Shown here one piece after another: positions 45,488-59,817 of a stretch of 64,000 bases of DNA. Source of the DNA: Raja brachyura (lineage: Eukaryota); the NCBI GenBank assembly GCA_963514005.1, contig OY740782.1, positions 135,842,001 through 135,906,000 on the forward strand. The letters run 5' to 3'. The notes under the pieces are model-generated. The model saw only the letters and a program-made list of their open reading frames with translations. It had not been told where the DNA came from and did not search any database. Made by a program: the position numbers and the translations under genes. The number at the start of each line of letters is the position of its first letter. Position 1 is the stretch's first letter.

Positions 45488-48400
45488 ATTACAGGCACCA
45501 TTCCATTATTTCATTTGATATGGATCCCTCACATTTCAGTATGTAAAGTGAAAGAAAAAAGGGGAAAATAAATAACTTTGTTATCAGCTTCAAAGCTATA
45601 ATTCTTGAGCAAGGCTTTTGAAGAAAATTTGGATAGTATTCACCCAATTCTAAAGGACATATCACAAATCAAATTGGTGGCAACTTTGCTGTTATCATTA
45701 AGGCTGACCAGAAAGTAGATTAAATGGTTCAGGGAGGAGAAGACAGGACACATGCTGCTGGACTGCTTTCCAAGGCTGTGGTTTGCCGCCACCCACAATG
45801 TGCATCTGCCAAATGTCCTGTCTGATTTATTAGCTTGTTACTGATTTCAAATAAGAAAATGGCCGATATTCCACTTTTCACGGGCCAGATGCCTTGCACA
45901 AACTCCAAATGCGAGTTGTTTAGATCATGGAAACAGACCACTTGGACCACCAAAAATCATATAATTGCTTATATTTCTCACAAGTCTCTTCCCATGCTTT
46001 TTTTCATTTCATTAATTCATTAACATGTGGTTCTTAATGCCCATTTCAAACTACCTAACATAAATGCATTCATGCTTTTTATTGCAACAACTTCCAGTGG
46101 TTGAAAATTTCACTTTCTAAACAATTTCTGGATGATTAAGTTGTTTATGAGTTTTTGATTGTATCAATTAATTACTCAGTAATCATTCAGATATCTTCTC
46201 CACATCCAACCAATTCTTCTTCAACCAAAGTGATACAGTCTAAAGTCATAAAGCCATTTTAATGGATGCAACAACATGCATTTTGCTGTTACTACCTTGT
46301 AATCAAAATAATTTTAACAGATTCTTATACAAAAGACACATTGCCAGCCAAAGTTCAGAAATGGCATTCTTACCAAAAGTCCAATGATTGTCCCATTGCA
46401 GGGATTTCAACACAAAATCCAAGTGGCCATTCTCAATAAGGTACCAAAACTGTGCTCTATGGTCAGCAGGGGATGTTAATCTCTTTTCTGGAAGTGTTAA
46501 ACCAAGACCATATCTCCCCTCTTCAAAAACTCCTTGAGCTCCATCACAACAAACAGTAACTCTCCCAGTCACTGAACCTAGACTTGGTAAAGTCACTCCC
46601 ATCCGATTCAGCCTTGTAAAGTCCTTCCCCACCAATCCCAGTGCTCTATGCCATATTTATAGTTAAACCCAATCAAACATATGACTGATTGCTAATTCAT
46701 CATACTTTGCTGTAAGGAAATGACTGCTTCATGTTCAATATTTCAACAAGGACATCACTTCATTAAAATGCTTCATCGGCTACAATATGCTTTGCAATGT
46801 CAGATGTTATTGAAGATGTTGGGCAAATACAAATTCATTATTTTACTTTATGAGAGCGGGTTAAACCGTGGTCACAACAGAACACGAATAGCCCTTGTAC
46901 CAATTCAAGGCAAAAAGTTATAAGAATAGAAACATAGAAAATAGGTGTAGGAGTAGACCATTCGGCCTTTCGAGCCAGCACCGCAATTCAATATGATCAT
47001 GGCTGGTCATCCAGAATCAGTATCTTGTTCTGCTGAAGCAAGAATATCCTTCCTCAAATTAGTAAACCAAAACTGCACACAATACTTCAGGTGTGGTCTC
47101 ATCAGGGCCCTGCACAACTACAGTAGGATCTCCTATACTCAAATCGTTACGCTATGAAAGCCAACATGCAATTTGCTTTCTTCACTGTCTGCTGTACCTG
47201 CATGCATACTTTCAGTGACTGGTGCACAAGGCCACCCAGGTCTCGTTACACATTCCCTTTTTCCAATCTGACACCATTCAAATAACAATCTGCCTTCATG
47301 TTCTTGCCAACCGAAGTGGATAACTTCACATTTATCCACATTATACTGCATCTGCCATGCATCTGCCCACGCACCCAACTTATTAAATTCACCCTGCAGC
47401 CTCATAGCATCCTCTTTGCAGCTCACACTGCCACCCAGTTTAGGGTCATCCACAAACTTGAAGATGTTACATTTAATGCCTTTTTCGTTAATATGTATTG
47501 TAAATAACTGGGGTCCCAGCACTAAGCCTTGCGGCACCCCATTAGTCACTGCCTGCCATTCTGAAAAGGACCTGTTAATTCCTACTTTTTGTTTCCTGTT
47601 TGCCAACCAGTTCTATCCATGTCAATACCCCATTCCCAATACCATGTGCTCTAATTTTGCACACTAATCTCTTGTGTGGGATTTTGTCAAAGCCTTTTTG
47701 AAAGTCCAGATCCACCACATCCACTGGCTCTCCATTATCCATTCTACTTGTTACATCCTCAAATCATTCCAGAAGATTAGTCAAGCATGATTTCCCCTTC
47801 ATAAATCCATGTTGACTTTGACTGATCCTGTTACTGCTTTTCAAATGTGCTGCTATTACATCTTTAATAATCGACTCAAGCATCTTCCCCACTACTGATG
47901 TAAGGCTAACAGGTCTATAATTCCATGTTTTTTCTCTTCCTCCTTTCTTAAAAAGTGGGGTTACATTAGCTACCGTCCAGTCCACAGCAACTGATCCAGA
48001 GTCGAGAGAACATTGGAAAATTATCACCAATGCATCCACAATTTCTAGGGCCACCTTGAGTACTCTGGGATGCAGACCATCAGGCCCTGTGGATTTATCT
48101 GCCTTCAGTCCCAACAGTTTAATACAACACCATCTCATGTCTAATGTGAATTTCTTTCAGTTCCTCCCTCACGCTAAATCCACGATCGCATAGTATTTCT
48201 GGGAGATTGTTCGTATCTTCCTCTGTGAAGACAGAGCCAAAGTACTTGTTTAATTGGTCTGCCATTTCCTTGTTTCCCATTATAAATTCACCTGTTTCTG
48301 ACTGTAAGGGACCTACATTTGCCTTCGCTAATCTTTTGCTCTTCACACAGTCAGTTTTTATATTCCCTGCAAGCTTTCTTTCATGCTCTGTATTCCCCCT

Positions 48401-49012
48401 CTCAATTAACCCCTTTGTCCTCCTCTGTTGAATTCTAAATTTCTCCCAGTCCTCTGGTTTGCTGCTTCCTCTGGCCAATTTATATGTCTCTTCCTTGGAT
48501 TTAACACTATCCCTAATTTCTCTCATTAGCCATGGTTGTGCCGCCTTCGCTGTTTTATTTTTACGTCAAACAGGGATGAAAAATTGTTGTAATTCATCCA
48601 TGCGACCATTAAATCTTTGCCATTGCTTATCCACCGTCAACCCTTTCAGTATAATTTGCCAGTCTATCCTAGACAATTCCCATCTCACCATCTCATACCA
48701 TGAAAGTTCTTTAAGTTCAGGACCTGAATTGTCTTTGAATTAACCGTGTTACTCTCCATCTTAATGCAGAATTTTACCATATTATGGTCACTATTGCCCA
48801 AGGAGCTTTGCACAGTAATATTGCTAACTAATCCTTCCTCATTACACAATCCCCAGTCTAGGATGGCCTGCCTTCCAGTTGGTTCCTCTATATATTGGCT
48901 TAGAAAACCATTCCGTATAGACTCCCGGAAATCTTCGTCCTCAGTGTTGTCACCAATTTGATTGGCCCATTCTATATTTAGATTAAAGTCACCTATGATA
49001 ACTGCTGTACCT

Positions 49013-51835
49013 GTACAAAGAAACATAGAAAATAGGCACATGGGGAGGCCATTCAGCCCTTCAAGTCAGCACCACCATTCATTGTGATCCTGGCTGATCA
49101 TCCACAATCAGTAACCCGTGCCTGAAAATCCCTTGATTCCGCTAGCCCCAAGAGCTCTATCTAACTCTCTTTTAAATGCATCCAGTGAATTGGCCTCCAC
49201 TGCCTTCTGTGGCAGAGAATTCTACAAATCCACAATTCTCTATGTGAATTTTTTTTTTTCTCACCTCAGTTTTAAATGGCCTCCCCTTTATTCTTAGACT
49301 GTGGCCCCTGGTTCTGGACTCCCCCAAACTTTGGGAACATTTTTCCTGCATCTAGCTTGTGCAGTCCTTTTATAATTTTATACGTTTCTATAAGATATCC
49401 TTGCATCCTTCTAAACTCCAGTGACTACAAGCCTAGTCTTTCCAATCTTTCCTCACATGACAGTCCCGCCATCCCGGGGATTAACCTTGTGAACTTACAC
49501 TGCACTGCCTCAATAGCAAGGATGTCCTTCCTCAAATTAGGAGACCAAAACTGCACACTATACTCTAGATGTGGTCTCACCAGGGCCCTGTACAACTGCA
49601 GAAGGACCTCCTTACTCCTATAACTCAAATCCTCTCATTATGAAGGCCAACATGCCATTAGCTTCCTTCTCTGCCTGCTGTACCTGCATGTTTACTTTCA
49701 GTGACTGGTGTTCAAGCACACCCAGGTCTCATTGCACTTTCTTTTTCCTAATCTGACACCATTGAGATAAAATCTGCCTCCTTTTTCTTGCCGCCAAATT
49801 GGACAAACCACGTTTATCTACATTATACTGCATCTGCCATGCATCTGCCCACTCACTCAACTGTCTAAGTCACCCTGTAACCTCCTAGCATCCTCTTTGC
49901 AGTTCACACTGCCACCCAGCTTTGTGTCATCTGCAAATTTGCTAGTGTTACTTGTGATCCCATCATCTAAATCATTAATATGTATAATAAATAGTTGTGG
50001 CCCCAGCACCGAGCCTTGTGTCCCCCAGTTGTCACTGCCTGCCATTCTGATAGGGACCCTCATTGTTTCCTGTCTGCCAACCAATTATCTATCCATGTTA
50101 ATACCAACCCCCAATACCATGTGCTCTAAATTTGTCCACTAATCTCCTGTGTGGGACCTTATCAAAGGCTTTCTGAAAATCCAGATACATGACTCCACTG
50201 GCTCTCCCTTGTCCATTTTACTTGTCACAGCCTCAAAAGATTCCAGAAGATTAGTCAAGGCGGATTTCCCCTTCATAAATCCATGCTGTCTTGGACCAAT
50301 CCTTTTACTACTATCCAAATGTGCCATTATTACTTCTTTAATAATTGACTCCAGCATCTTCCCCACCAACGATGTCAGGCTAACTGATCTATAATCAGCC
50401 GTGATCACAATGAATGGTGGTGCTGGCTCCAAGGGCCGAATGGCCTCCTCCTGCACATATTTTCTATGTTTCTATGTTTTTATAATTCCTCTCATTCCTT
50501 TCTTGAAAAGTGGGATACATTAGCTACCCTCCAATCCACAGGAACTGATCCTGAATCTATAGAACATTAGAAAACGATCACCAATACGTCCACAATTTCT
50601 AGACCGACCTCGTTGAGTACGCTGGGATGCAGACCTTTAGGCCCTGGGGATATATCAGCCTTCAGTCCCATCAGTCTACCCAAAACAATTTCTCGCCTAA
50701 AGGGCCTGTCCCACCAGCATGCGATTCCATGCGGTGAGCGCGACAAAACCGGCAGCGGGGGCCGCGCGGAGGTCGGGTGAGTGGCGCAACGTGGCGCAAA
50801 GTGAGGCGAACTTGGAGCGAAGTCTTAAAGGTAAGTTTGCCAGGACAGAGAGGGACACACAGAGAGGGGCACAGAGGCACATACAGAGAGGGCCACGGAG
50901 CCACACACAGAGAGGGTCACGAAGGCACCTACAGATAGGTTTACGGAGGCACAACGTCGAGGCGGTGCGTAATGCGTCGAGGCGACAGCGAGCCGACAAG
51001 CCGTTGCCGCGCGGAATTTTTGAACACGGTCAGTTTTTCGGAGCCCCGCGCGATGTTGGGACGAACTCTGCACAATTCTGCACGGCTCCGGCGATCGAAG
51101 TGGGACCGGCCCCGCGACGCCGGACGGCTCAAGCGACCACGTTAGGTCGCGCTCATCGCATGGAGTTATATGCTGGTGGGACAGGCCCTTAATGCAAATT
51201 TCTTTCAGTTCCTCTGTCTACCTAAATCCTCTAGCCTCTAGTATATCTGGGAGATTGTTTGTGTCATCCTTAATGAAGACAGAACCAAAGCACCTGTTCA
51301 ACTCTTCTGCCATTTCCTTGTTCCCCGGAATAATTTCACCTGTTTCTGCCTACAAGGGACCTACATTTGTCTTTACTAATCTTTTTCTCTTAACATACCT
51401 AAAGCTGCTTTGACTATTCTTCTTTCTATTCTTGGCCAGTTTACCCTCATACTTCATATTTTCACCCAATATTGCCCTTTTTGATACCTTTTGTTGTCCT
51501 TTGAAAGTTTCCCTATCCTCTGGCTTCCCGCTACTCTTTGCTATGTTATACACATTTTCTTTTAGTTTTATTCCATCCCTAACTTCCTAGTTTTATTCCA
51601 TCCCTAACAGAGCCACGGTTGCCTCTTACTCCCCTTAGAATCTTTCTTCCTCTTTCGAATGAAATGATCCTGCATCTTCTGGAATATGCCCAGAAAGTCC
51701 TGCCATTGCTGTTCCGCCGTCATTGCTGCTGGGGTCCTTTTCCAGTCGACCTTGGCCAGCTCCTCTCTCATGCCTTCATAGTCCCCTTTGTTCAACTGCA
51801 ACACCGACACTTTGGATTTAACCTTCTCCCTCTCA
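49013..51835 (-). mobile_element. Nested CR1 (degenerate ORF2), carrying a Harbinger MITE and a short inverted CR1 tail (~50390-50478)
   Basis: Own AGAAACATAGAAAATAGG tail at ~49019; LYRALVRPHLEYSVQFW, SKFADDTK, LNKGDYEGMREELAKVDW. Confidence 0.8.
50701..51189. mobile_element. PIF/Harbinger MITE, family A (second copy)
   Basis: TIRs AGGGCCTGTCCCACCAGCAT / ATGCTGGTGGGACAGGCCCT; TSD TAA (50698-700, 51190-92); the host CR1 is contiguous as cgccTAAtgc. Confidence 0.9.
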
Positions 51836-52334
51836 TTTGCTACACACATCCCTAATTTCCTGTTTGATGCTATCCCCAACCTCACTACTGCTGTTTGGTG
51901 GTCTGTACACAACTCCAACAAGCGTTTTCTGCCCTTGGCTATTTCACAGTTCTACCCACACGGATTCTACAGCATGTCTCTCCTTACTATTGCATTAATC
52001 TCCTCTTGAACCAGCAATGCCTCCCAACCTCCTCTTTGTTTCTGTCTAACCTTCCTTAGTATTGTACACTCCTGCATATTGAGCTCCCAGCCTGGAGCCA
52101 TGTTTCCGGAATCCCAACTATATCATATCCATTAACAACTAACTTCTCATTCAATTCATCCACCTAATTACGAATGCTCCTCGCATTAAGGCACAAAGCT
52201 TTCAGGTTTGTTTTTCTTTTCTTCCTTTAACCTTTTGTTTCTGCCCTCATTTTATGGTCCTCTGTCGCCCTGCATTGGTTCCCATCCCTCTGCCATATGC
52301 GTTAAACGCGACCTTTCCTGCATTCTCGTTCCTA

Positions 52335-53306
52335 TTAACTGTACACGTACCCTTCCACCTGCCCCCCCCCCACTTTATAGTTTAAGCCCACCCGTGTAGC
52401 ATTAGCAAACCTGCCTGCCAGAATGTAGCTCCTTCTCCAGTTAAGGTGCAACCCATCCCTTTTGTGCAGGTCACCACTGCCCCACAAGAGATGCCAGTGA
52501 CCTAGAAATCTAAATCCCTGTCCCCTGCACCAACTACTCAGCCACACATTCAACTCGCCTATCTCCTTGTTCCCACCCTCACTAGCACGAGTTACTGGAA
52601 GCAACCCAGAGATAACCACCCAGGAATTCCTGCTTATCAGCCTCCTACCCAGTTCTCTATACTCACGTGCAGAACTTCCTTCCTCTTCTTACCTATATAG
52701 TTTGTGCCTACATGCACAACGACTTCCGGCTACTCCCCTTCTCTCTCTCTCAAGGATGCCTTGAAATCAGTTTGAGACGACTTGGATCCTGGCACCAGGG
52801 AGGCAACACTCTATCCTCGAGTCCCGCCTGTTTCCACAGCATCTCCTGTCCGCACCTCTGACTATGGAGTCATCCACCACTATGTCTCTGCCTGACGTCG
52901 ATCTCGCAGGTCGAGCCTCAGCTCCAGGATTCGAGTCACAGACCTGTCTGCCGCTCGGACTGGAAGTGTTGTCTGCCCCGACAGCTCCCAAGAGAGTGCA
53001 CCTGTTTTCATGAGGTACATCCACTGAGGTGTCCCGCACTCGCTTCATCCCCTCCCTTGCTGTGTCTAACCGTCACACCTCCTGTACTCTAGGTGTGATT
53101 ACCTGACTGTAGGTCCTGTCCAGGAAGCTTTCGTTTTCCCGGATTGTCTGCAGGTCATCCAGCTGCTGCCCCAGTTCCTTAACTTGGTCCTTGAGGAAAT
53201 GCAACTGGACACAGTTCCTGCAGGTGTCGTGGTCAGTGACACCAGCCGTGCCCCTGACTTCCCACATCCTGCAAGAAACACACTGCCACAACATTCCTGC
53301 CATCAC
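52335..53306 (-). pseudogene. CR1 ORF1 remnant: N-terminal Cys-rich zinc finger/leucine zipper + SGNH esterase-like domain
   Basis: QCVSCRMW...TCRNCVQLHFLKDQVKELGQQLDDL; IVVDDSIVRG (GDS-like), CCLPGARI; VISGLLP...KRDGLHLN (DxxH). Confidence 0.8.
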
Positions 53307-54677
53307 TGCAATAAGTCATGTATACCAACTGGAGCCCCTTCGGCCAGTTGAGTCTGTGCGGGCAATTTGAAAGAATAACCCAATTAGAAACACCCTTCTG
53401 CTCTTTCCCTATCATTATTTTTGTTGCACTTTCAAGTCTTATCCAATCCCGTTTTGAAAGATACAATAGCACCAGCTTTCTCCAACCTTTCAGGCTGCCT
53501 GTTTCAAGTGAAGGCGTCACAAAACGACAATCCATTAGATCTTGTGCCTTGGGTTAGCTGAGTTAGTTGGAATGTTAGCTTTGTTCCACTGCACTGCACT
53601 CGTGCGGAGGCACTAAACACTGCTTTGTTGCAATCATTGACTGTTGGATGACATGCTTGAACTGTGGTCCTGGCTGCTGGTTCCAGAGTTCCAGACAACA
53701 TTCAAAATATAATGTTTTATGAAGGAAGAGGCGAGAGGTCTTTCCGATATCCAGATTGACATTCCTCCCACACTTTAGATTGCCAGCTGCAGTGATCAAT
53801 TTGTTATTATCTCAAGGATGCCTGTCAGATGTTGCTGGCACAGAATGGATGCTGCGATGTGGAGCACAGGCTCAGGCATAAACATTGAAACCCTTACACT
53901 ATAATGTTCATGGTGATCCATGTCTTGATTCCATCTACTAGCCTTGGTTCAGGGAACCTAAATGGTTGAACCTAACAAAAACCTATACATTTAATTTTGA
54001 AGCTTTCAATGGACTCAAATCCCATAACTTGGAGGGTCAAGTTTCAGATTTCAACTCACTGTCAGGATATCCTTCCTCACAGTCCCAGTATAATATGAAG
54101 GTAATGCACTCAACTAAGAATATAGGCTGCGCTACCAGAGAATAACAATGAATGAATGAATGAAAGAATGAATGAAAGAATATACTTTATTGTCACATGT
54201 GACAAGTCACGTGATATTCTTAGTTTCCTACCATCATCATCTACACTTTAGTTATCTGAAACACTTTAATTTGATCATCTATGCTTGATGTAATGCAAAT
54301 CTAGCTAACATGATCTTGCTTATTAATCAACTTCAATATATTTAAATGATTTGCTGGATGGTTCATAAATGCAAGAGTTATTTATCGATAACACAGAGAA
54401 AAAAGACAAAGAATCTGCATTTTTGCATTATCAATTTTCACGTGTACATTCTGTACAGCAGTCCACGTGAAACAAGTTCAGCGGTAACTACACTCCTTCC
54501 TCATCTTGTCAATGCTGGTAAAAGTGTTTAATTAAGCATGAGATTATCTGGGCAATCAACATGTGCCTTCGTATACTGGTTCAGGTAACTCACTTCAGCA
54601 GAAGGCACCATTAAAATTAACTCAGCCCTGAATCCCTGGTTCCTAATCCCTTGCCATGCACTTGGTTCTGCCTCTCA

Positions 54678-55550
54678 TCTATATATAATTGAAAGTCTCA
54701 TCTTGACCACTTTCTGTTAGCACTGCATATTGATTTTAGAAAAAGCGTTACCACTTATGGCTGTGATTTTTGGCCATCTTACTCAGAGTCCCCCTCCGCT
54801 GCGCAGGACAAGAGGGTTTTTACCATCGATAAAAATAAAAGTTATTAGTGTTTAAAAAAGATTCTCTCTCCTGTCAATCACCGCCATGAAGGCCATGCCC
54901 CTTCCGGTAGGGTGGGGGGGGAGGGACTATAAAACCCGGAGTGTGGGCATGGCTCAGTCTCTGCAAGATGGGGGAGGGAGAGGTCAGCTTGGTGGCCTTG
55001 CACCCTGCTTGAAATGGTAGGAAACTGCTTTTGAATTTGGTGGCCTTGCACCCTGCTTGAAATGGTAGGACACTGCAGTTGAATTTGGTGGCCTTGCACC
55101 CTGCTTGAAACGGTATGAAACTGTTTTTGAATTTGGTGGCCTTGCATGCTACTTGAAATGGTAAGAAACTGCATTTGAATTTGGTGGCCTTGTACCCTGC
55201 TTGAAATGGTAGGAATCTTCATTTGAGTTTGGTAGCCTGCACTCTGTTTGAAATGGAATTTCAAGGAATAGCCGTGAGTCAACTGCCAGCCCACCTGCCA
55301 TGAGTGAGTGAGCTGCCAGCACACCAGGCTTGAGTGACTGAGCTGCCAGCCCAAGAATCCATTTGGCCCACAATGTCCATACTAGCCCTCTGGAAACCAG
55401 TCCCTTCAGCCCACAACACCCACACTAGTGCTCCAGAAAGCCCCCCCCCATTGGCCACCAATATTGGAATTGGTGGAAAGGTGTAATATTGAGTTGGGCG
55501 ACCAGCCCTCCCGTGTGAACATGGGACCCAACGGGTCCCACTTAGTCTAG
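54678..55550 (+). mobile_element. Non-autonomous Helitron
   Basis: A|TCTATATATAATTGAAAGTCT ... TGGGACCC-AAC-GGGTCCCA hairpin (55522-55540), CTTAGTCTAG|T; no TSD. Confidence 0.88.
54989..55258. repeat. 48-bp minisatellite (~5.5 copies) inside the Helitron
   Basis: Unit TTGGTGGCCTTGCACCCTGCTTGAAATGGTAGGAAACTGCTTTTGAAT; seen as a 16-aa repeat in the ORF track. Confidence 0.9.
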
Positions 55551-56732
55551 TATTTTCTAGAAATCTACCTGCGTTTGTTTTCATGCTCCCCTGAAACTTA
55601 TTTCCCACACTCCCTTCAACATACCAAGTTCTTATTCTATTGTAGAATGTAGCATCTAAAAACAGTGAATAAAAAGCATGTTGGAATATTGATATGTATC
55701 TCATAGTCTGGATAATTTAGTAGTCTGGCACCAAAATTCCAAGCAGGCTGGATTAATGTAGTTTCATGTATTATGATGCTATTCTATTCTGGTACAGACA
55801 ATGTGTTTAACCTATGTCAATGATCCAGGAGGTTGAAGGAAAATGTCACCAATAATCTCTTGACATTCTTTTTTGATATTTTCTATATCAACAATTCAAA
55901 TCAAGTATTTTCTGGAAATTCATTATCTGTTCTATATCACTAAATGGACTAGATTGTAATAACAGCATGTCAAGCTTTGTCTTCTGAATTATGCTCAATT
56001 GAAGTTAATGCAATTGAATTATGAATATAAAATATAATGTGTCATTGTTAAAGGTTATACTTTACTTATAAATTGAGCATTTAGAACCAGGAATGAACTT
56101 CTAGCCATGCATCTTCTAATGAATGAATGAAAGAGACAAGTTACAGCACCAGACACCATGTGGTTATGGTGAAGTGAACATTTTCCTTTTGAGCAGGGGA
56201 GAAATATAGACGATTTAGCCAACTTGACATTGTTCTCATCCACACGGGGCCCAGATTTTGTGAGAATACTGTTCATTGTATCTACAAGGCACAAATTAGG
56301 ATTGTTGTGGAACACTCTCCACTTGCCAAGATCAGAGCAGCGCCAATAATACTGGGGAAGCTCGGCACCATCTAGCATAAAGCAGTCTGCTTGATGCCAC
56401 CCCATCAACCACTAAACATTTGTTGCTTCCGCCACCAACTCAAAATAGGTGCAATGTGCACTAAACCCACTGCAGTTGTTTACTTCAGCTACTCTGACAG
56501 CACCTCCCAAACTTTGCACCACCAAGAAGGACGCGAAGAGCCAGGTTCCCAGGTGTTCTGCCCAATATCCATCAACCAACATTACCCACTTCAGATTCAC
56601 ACTCCAAGTAACCACAATCCTGTCTTGTAAATATATAATGTCCTTCATCATTGCTGATGTAAATCCTGGACTTTCCTGTCCAACCACACTGAGGAAGTAC
56701 CTTGATCAGAAGACTGCAGCAGTCAAGAAGGT

Positions 56733-57271
56733 ATCTGGTCTCCAAATCTGAGGAAGGACATTATTACCATAGAGGGAGTGCAGAGAAGGTTCACCAGACT
56801 GATTCCTGGGATGTCAGGACTGTCTTATGAACAAAGACTGCATAGACTCGGTTTATACTCTCTAGAATTTAGGAGATTGAGAGGGGATCTTATAGAAACT
56901 TACAAAATTCTTAAGGGGTTGGACAGGCTAGATGCAGGAAGATTGTTCCCGATGTTGGGGAGGTCCAGGACAAGGGGTCACAGCTTAAGGATAAGGGGGA
57001 AATCCTTTAGGACCGAGATGAGAAGGACTTTTTTCACACTGAGAGTGGTGGGTCTCTGGAACTCTCTGCCACAGAGGGCAGTTGAGGCCAGTTCATTGGC
57101 TATATTTAAGAGGGAGTTAGATGTGGCCCTTGTGGCTAAGGGGATCAGAGGGTATGGAGAGAAGGCAGGTACGGGATACTGAGTTGGATGATCAGCCATG
57201 ATCATATTGAATGGCGGTGCAGGCTCGAAGGGCCGAATGGCCTACTCCTGCAACTAATTGCTATGTTTCTA
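56733..57271 (+). mobile_element. Young CR1 3' fragment inserted in an older LINE (~56220-57345)
   Basis: Open 134-aa ORF2 C-terminus QRRFTRLIPGMSGLSY...EKAGTGY; the older LINE reads GCAGTCAAGAAGG|...|CTCACCACCA across it. Confidence 0.85.
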
Positions 57272-58647
57272 TCTCACCACCATTTTGTTTAGGGAAATTA
57301 AAGATAGGCTCTAAATGCTGGCCTTGCCAATGACACCAATGTCACAAAAATAAATGCAATACAAAATCACAGAGTGGCATCCTAAGCCCAATGCATCAGA
57401 GTTCTCAATCTCACCAACAAAAGAAACAAACCAAAAAAATGTATCACTTGCGCATAGTCGCCTCTAATCATCCCACCAGCCCTGCTTTTGTTACAGAGAT
57501 GTGCCAACAGGAGTGTGGTCTTTTGGATGATGCTGTATTTTCCTTTCAGGTGGAAGCAGGCCATGGCAGGGCATTATTTGTCCTGCAGGTTCAGGTTCTC
57601 CTGGCTGCTGGCCTTTTTTTCCAACCATCACTAAAACAGATAACCTAAGTACAGTGTTACTTTTTGTCGGGCCTTGCCCTGTGCCAAACGGCTGCTGCAC
57701 TTGTCTACAGTAAAAGGAAACAACACTTCAATAGCTATGAAGCATTTAGGGTATTGCAAGATAGTGAAAGGCACTGCGGGGAAATCTGTTCAAAAATGAT
57801 CATTTAAATACAAAATTGACAACCAGAGATTGAAAGAATAATAAAGTTACTTGCGGTGATCTTTGGATCACCTTCTTTCAAACACATCCTTTTTCACAAA
57901 TTGATTCCTGCCTGGCAATTGCGAAAGCAATTATAAAATTAGCATCCTTGGTAACCCACAAAATATTCTTGGACTAAGAGTCTTAAGGGAAAATAAACTA
58001 TTATTTGACATCTCATAAATTCTTGGTGAAGCTAATTGGCCACAGACTATTAAGCATCTGACAATTATCTACAATAACTCATTTTAGTTGTCCAAATAAT
58101 CTTCAAGAATACATAATGATGAACTTGAGCGATTAGTATAATCTTGTACCACATGTTATAGTTACATTGTGCAAGCTTTATTTTATGATGTGATTTGTTG
58201 ATGTTACAATGCATTTTAATTTGGATTGAAAAACATCTGTTAACGTTTCTCCTGCACACTTCACTGTGAAAAGTAAAGGGTTTTCAATTATTTCTCCATG
58301 GAATCACTGATGAAATAGTGTTGCCTGCAATATATTATTTCATTTTCTGGTTGTTTGCATGCACTGGATTAACTCCTTCCATTTTGGTTTGACAAACGGA
58401 GAGAGGGCCGAAGCAAATGTATAAAATGGAAGTTAATGCAATATTCCCTGCAATCAAGATCCAAGGAATCGAACATTACAATTGAGCTGTTCGTTCATCC
58501 GGAGAATCCACCTGCCTCCATTAATCACCCCTTAGCAACATTCCCCAAAAGTAACTCCACAAAGGTAAAATTTGCAATTAAGAGCAGAAAATGCTGGAAA
58601 GACTCAGCAAGTCAAACACCATCTGTGAAAAGAGTTAATGTTCAAGG

Positions 58648-58858
58648 TGAAGACAGACACAAAATGCTGGAGTAACTCAGTGGGACGGACAGCATCTCTG
58701 GAGAGATGGAATGGGTGACGTTTCGGGTCGAGACCCTTCTTCAGACTCTCGACCCGAAACGTCACCCATTCCTTCTATCCAGGCATGCTGCCTGTCCAGC
58801 ATTTTACTCCAGAATTTTGTATCTATCTTCAGTGTAAACCAGCATCTGCAGTTCCTTA
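58648..58858. repeat. Inverted pair of Penelope pLTR-derived repeats; perfect hammerhead-like core on minus strand at 58717-58744
   Basis: GACGTTTCGGGTCGAGACCCTTCTTCAG followed by inverted TCTCGACCCGAAACGTCACCCATTCC. Confidence 0.7.
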
Positions 58859-59817
58859 CTACCATTAATGTTTCAGATGAATGGCTTTTCAACAGAAAAG
58901 CCTTAATAGTCCAATGGTTCAAATAAAATACCCTTGATCTGAAATAGAAATAACACAATTTCTCTCTTCACACATATTGCCTGACTTGCTGGGTATATGA
59001 GGCATCTTCTGCCTTTATCTTAGATTACCAGCATTTGTAGTTTTGTGCTTTTTAATTTAAGGCATCACGTTAAATACCTTATGCTTTACAGAAACTATGC
59101 AACAGAAGGCAAGTTATGACAGCACATTTTCATTCATGACAAAAATTAAATGAATCTTTCCGTTGACTCTATGACAGTGAAACTTGTGTGTGTGTGTGAG
59201 TGCTTGCAATCACTGCTAAATCACGATGAAATAGATGACTGTGGGTATTGGTGGCACATTTACCTCTTGAACTATCCTATAGTGGGTTTAAATCCTATTC
59301 CAGCAAAATAAATCTAGGCTGATAATCAAGTGCAAAACAAAGGGAGTGTGAAATCGAGAAGGCTTATTTGCTCTTTCAAGTGTGCGTAAAAGGGCCCTTG
59401 GAAAAGAAAGGAGATTTATTCCCAATGTCTGAAATAATAGACACCTCAACCAACATCACAAAAACTGACTATCAGTCACGGCTAACTTGTTGAAACAAGG
59501 AACTACAGATGGTGCTTTACACAAACGGATACAGATGCTGGAGTAACTCAGTGGCTCAGGTAGCATCTCTGGAGACCATGGATAGGTGCGTTTTCAGGTT
59601 GGGAGAAGACTCACAACCTGAAACGACATCTATCCAGTTCTTCAGAGATGCTGCCAGAGCTGCTGTTACTCCAGCACTATGTATACTTATATTACTACCT
59701 TGTTCTTTGTAGGAGCTTGGCTGCTGGGCTTCCCATATTAGAATTGACCACATTTTAAAAAAAATCATTGGATATCAATTATTTAGGAATAGACTAAAGT
59801 TGTGAAAGGTGCTAAGC

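Larger units (their letters stand above)
46925..53310 (-). mobile_element. Near-full-length degenerate CR1 (ORF1 + ORF2), split by a second CR1 at 49013-51835
   Basis: ORF2 remnants at 46925-49012 (GVPQGLVLGP, NYRPVSLTS, IIGDFN) resume at ~51836 (NRKLGMCVAN, matching ..IKQEIRNACNK of the intact copy); ORF1 remnants at 52335-53306. Confidence 0.8.

Noticed and set aside
54878-55354. ORF with a 16-aa repeat
   Set aside because: Arises from the 48-bp minisatellite in the Helitron; no splice or homology support.
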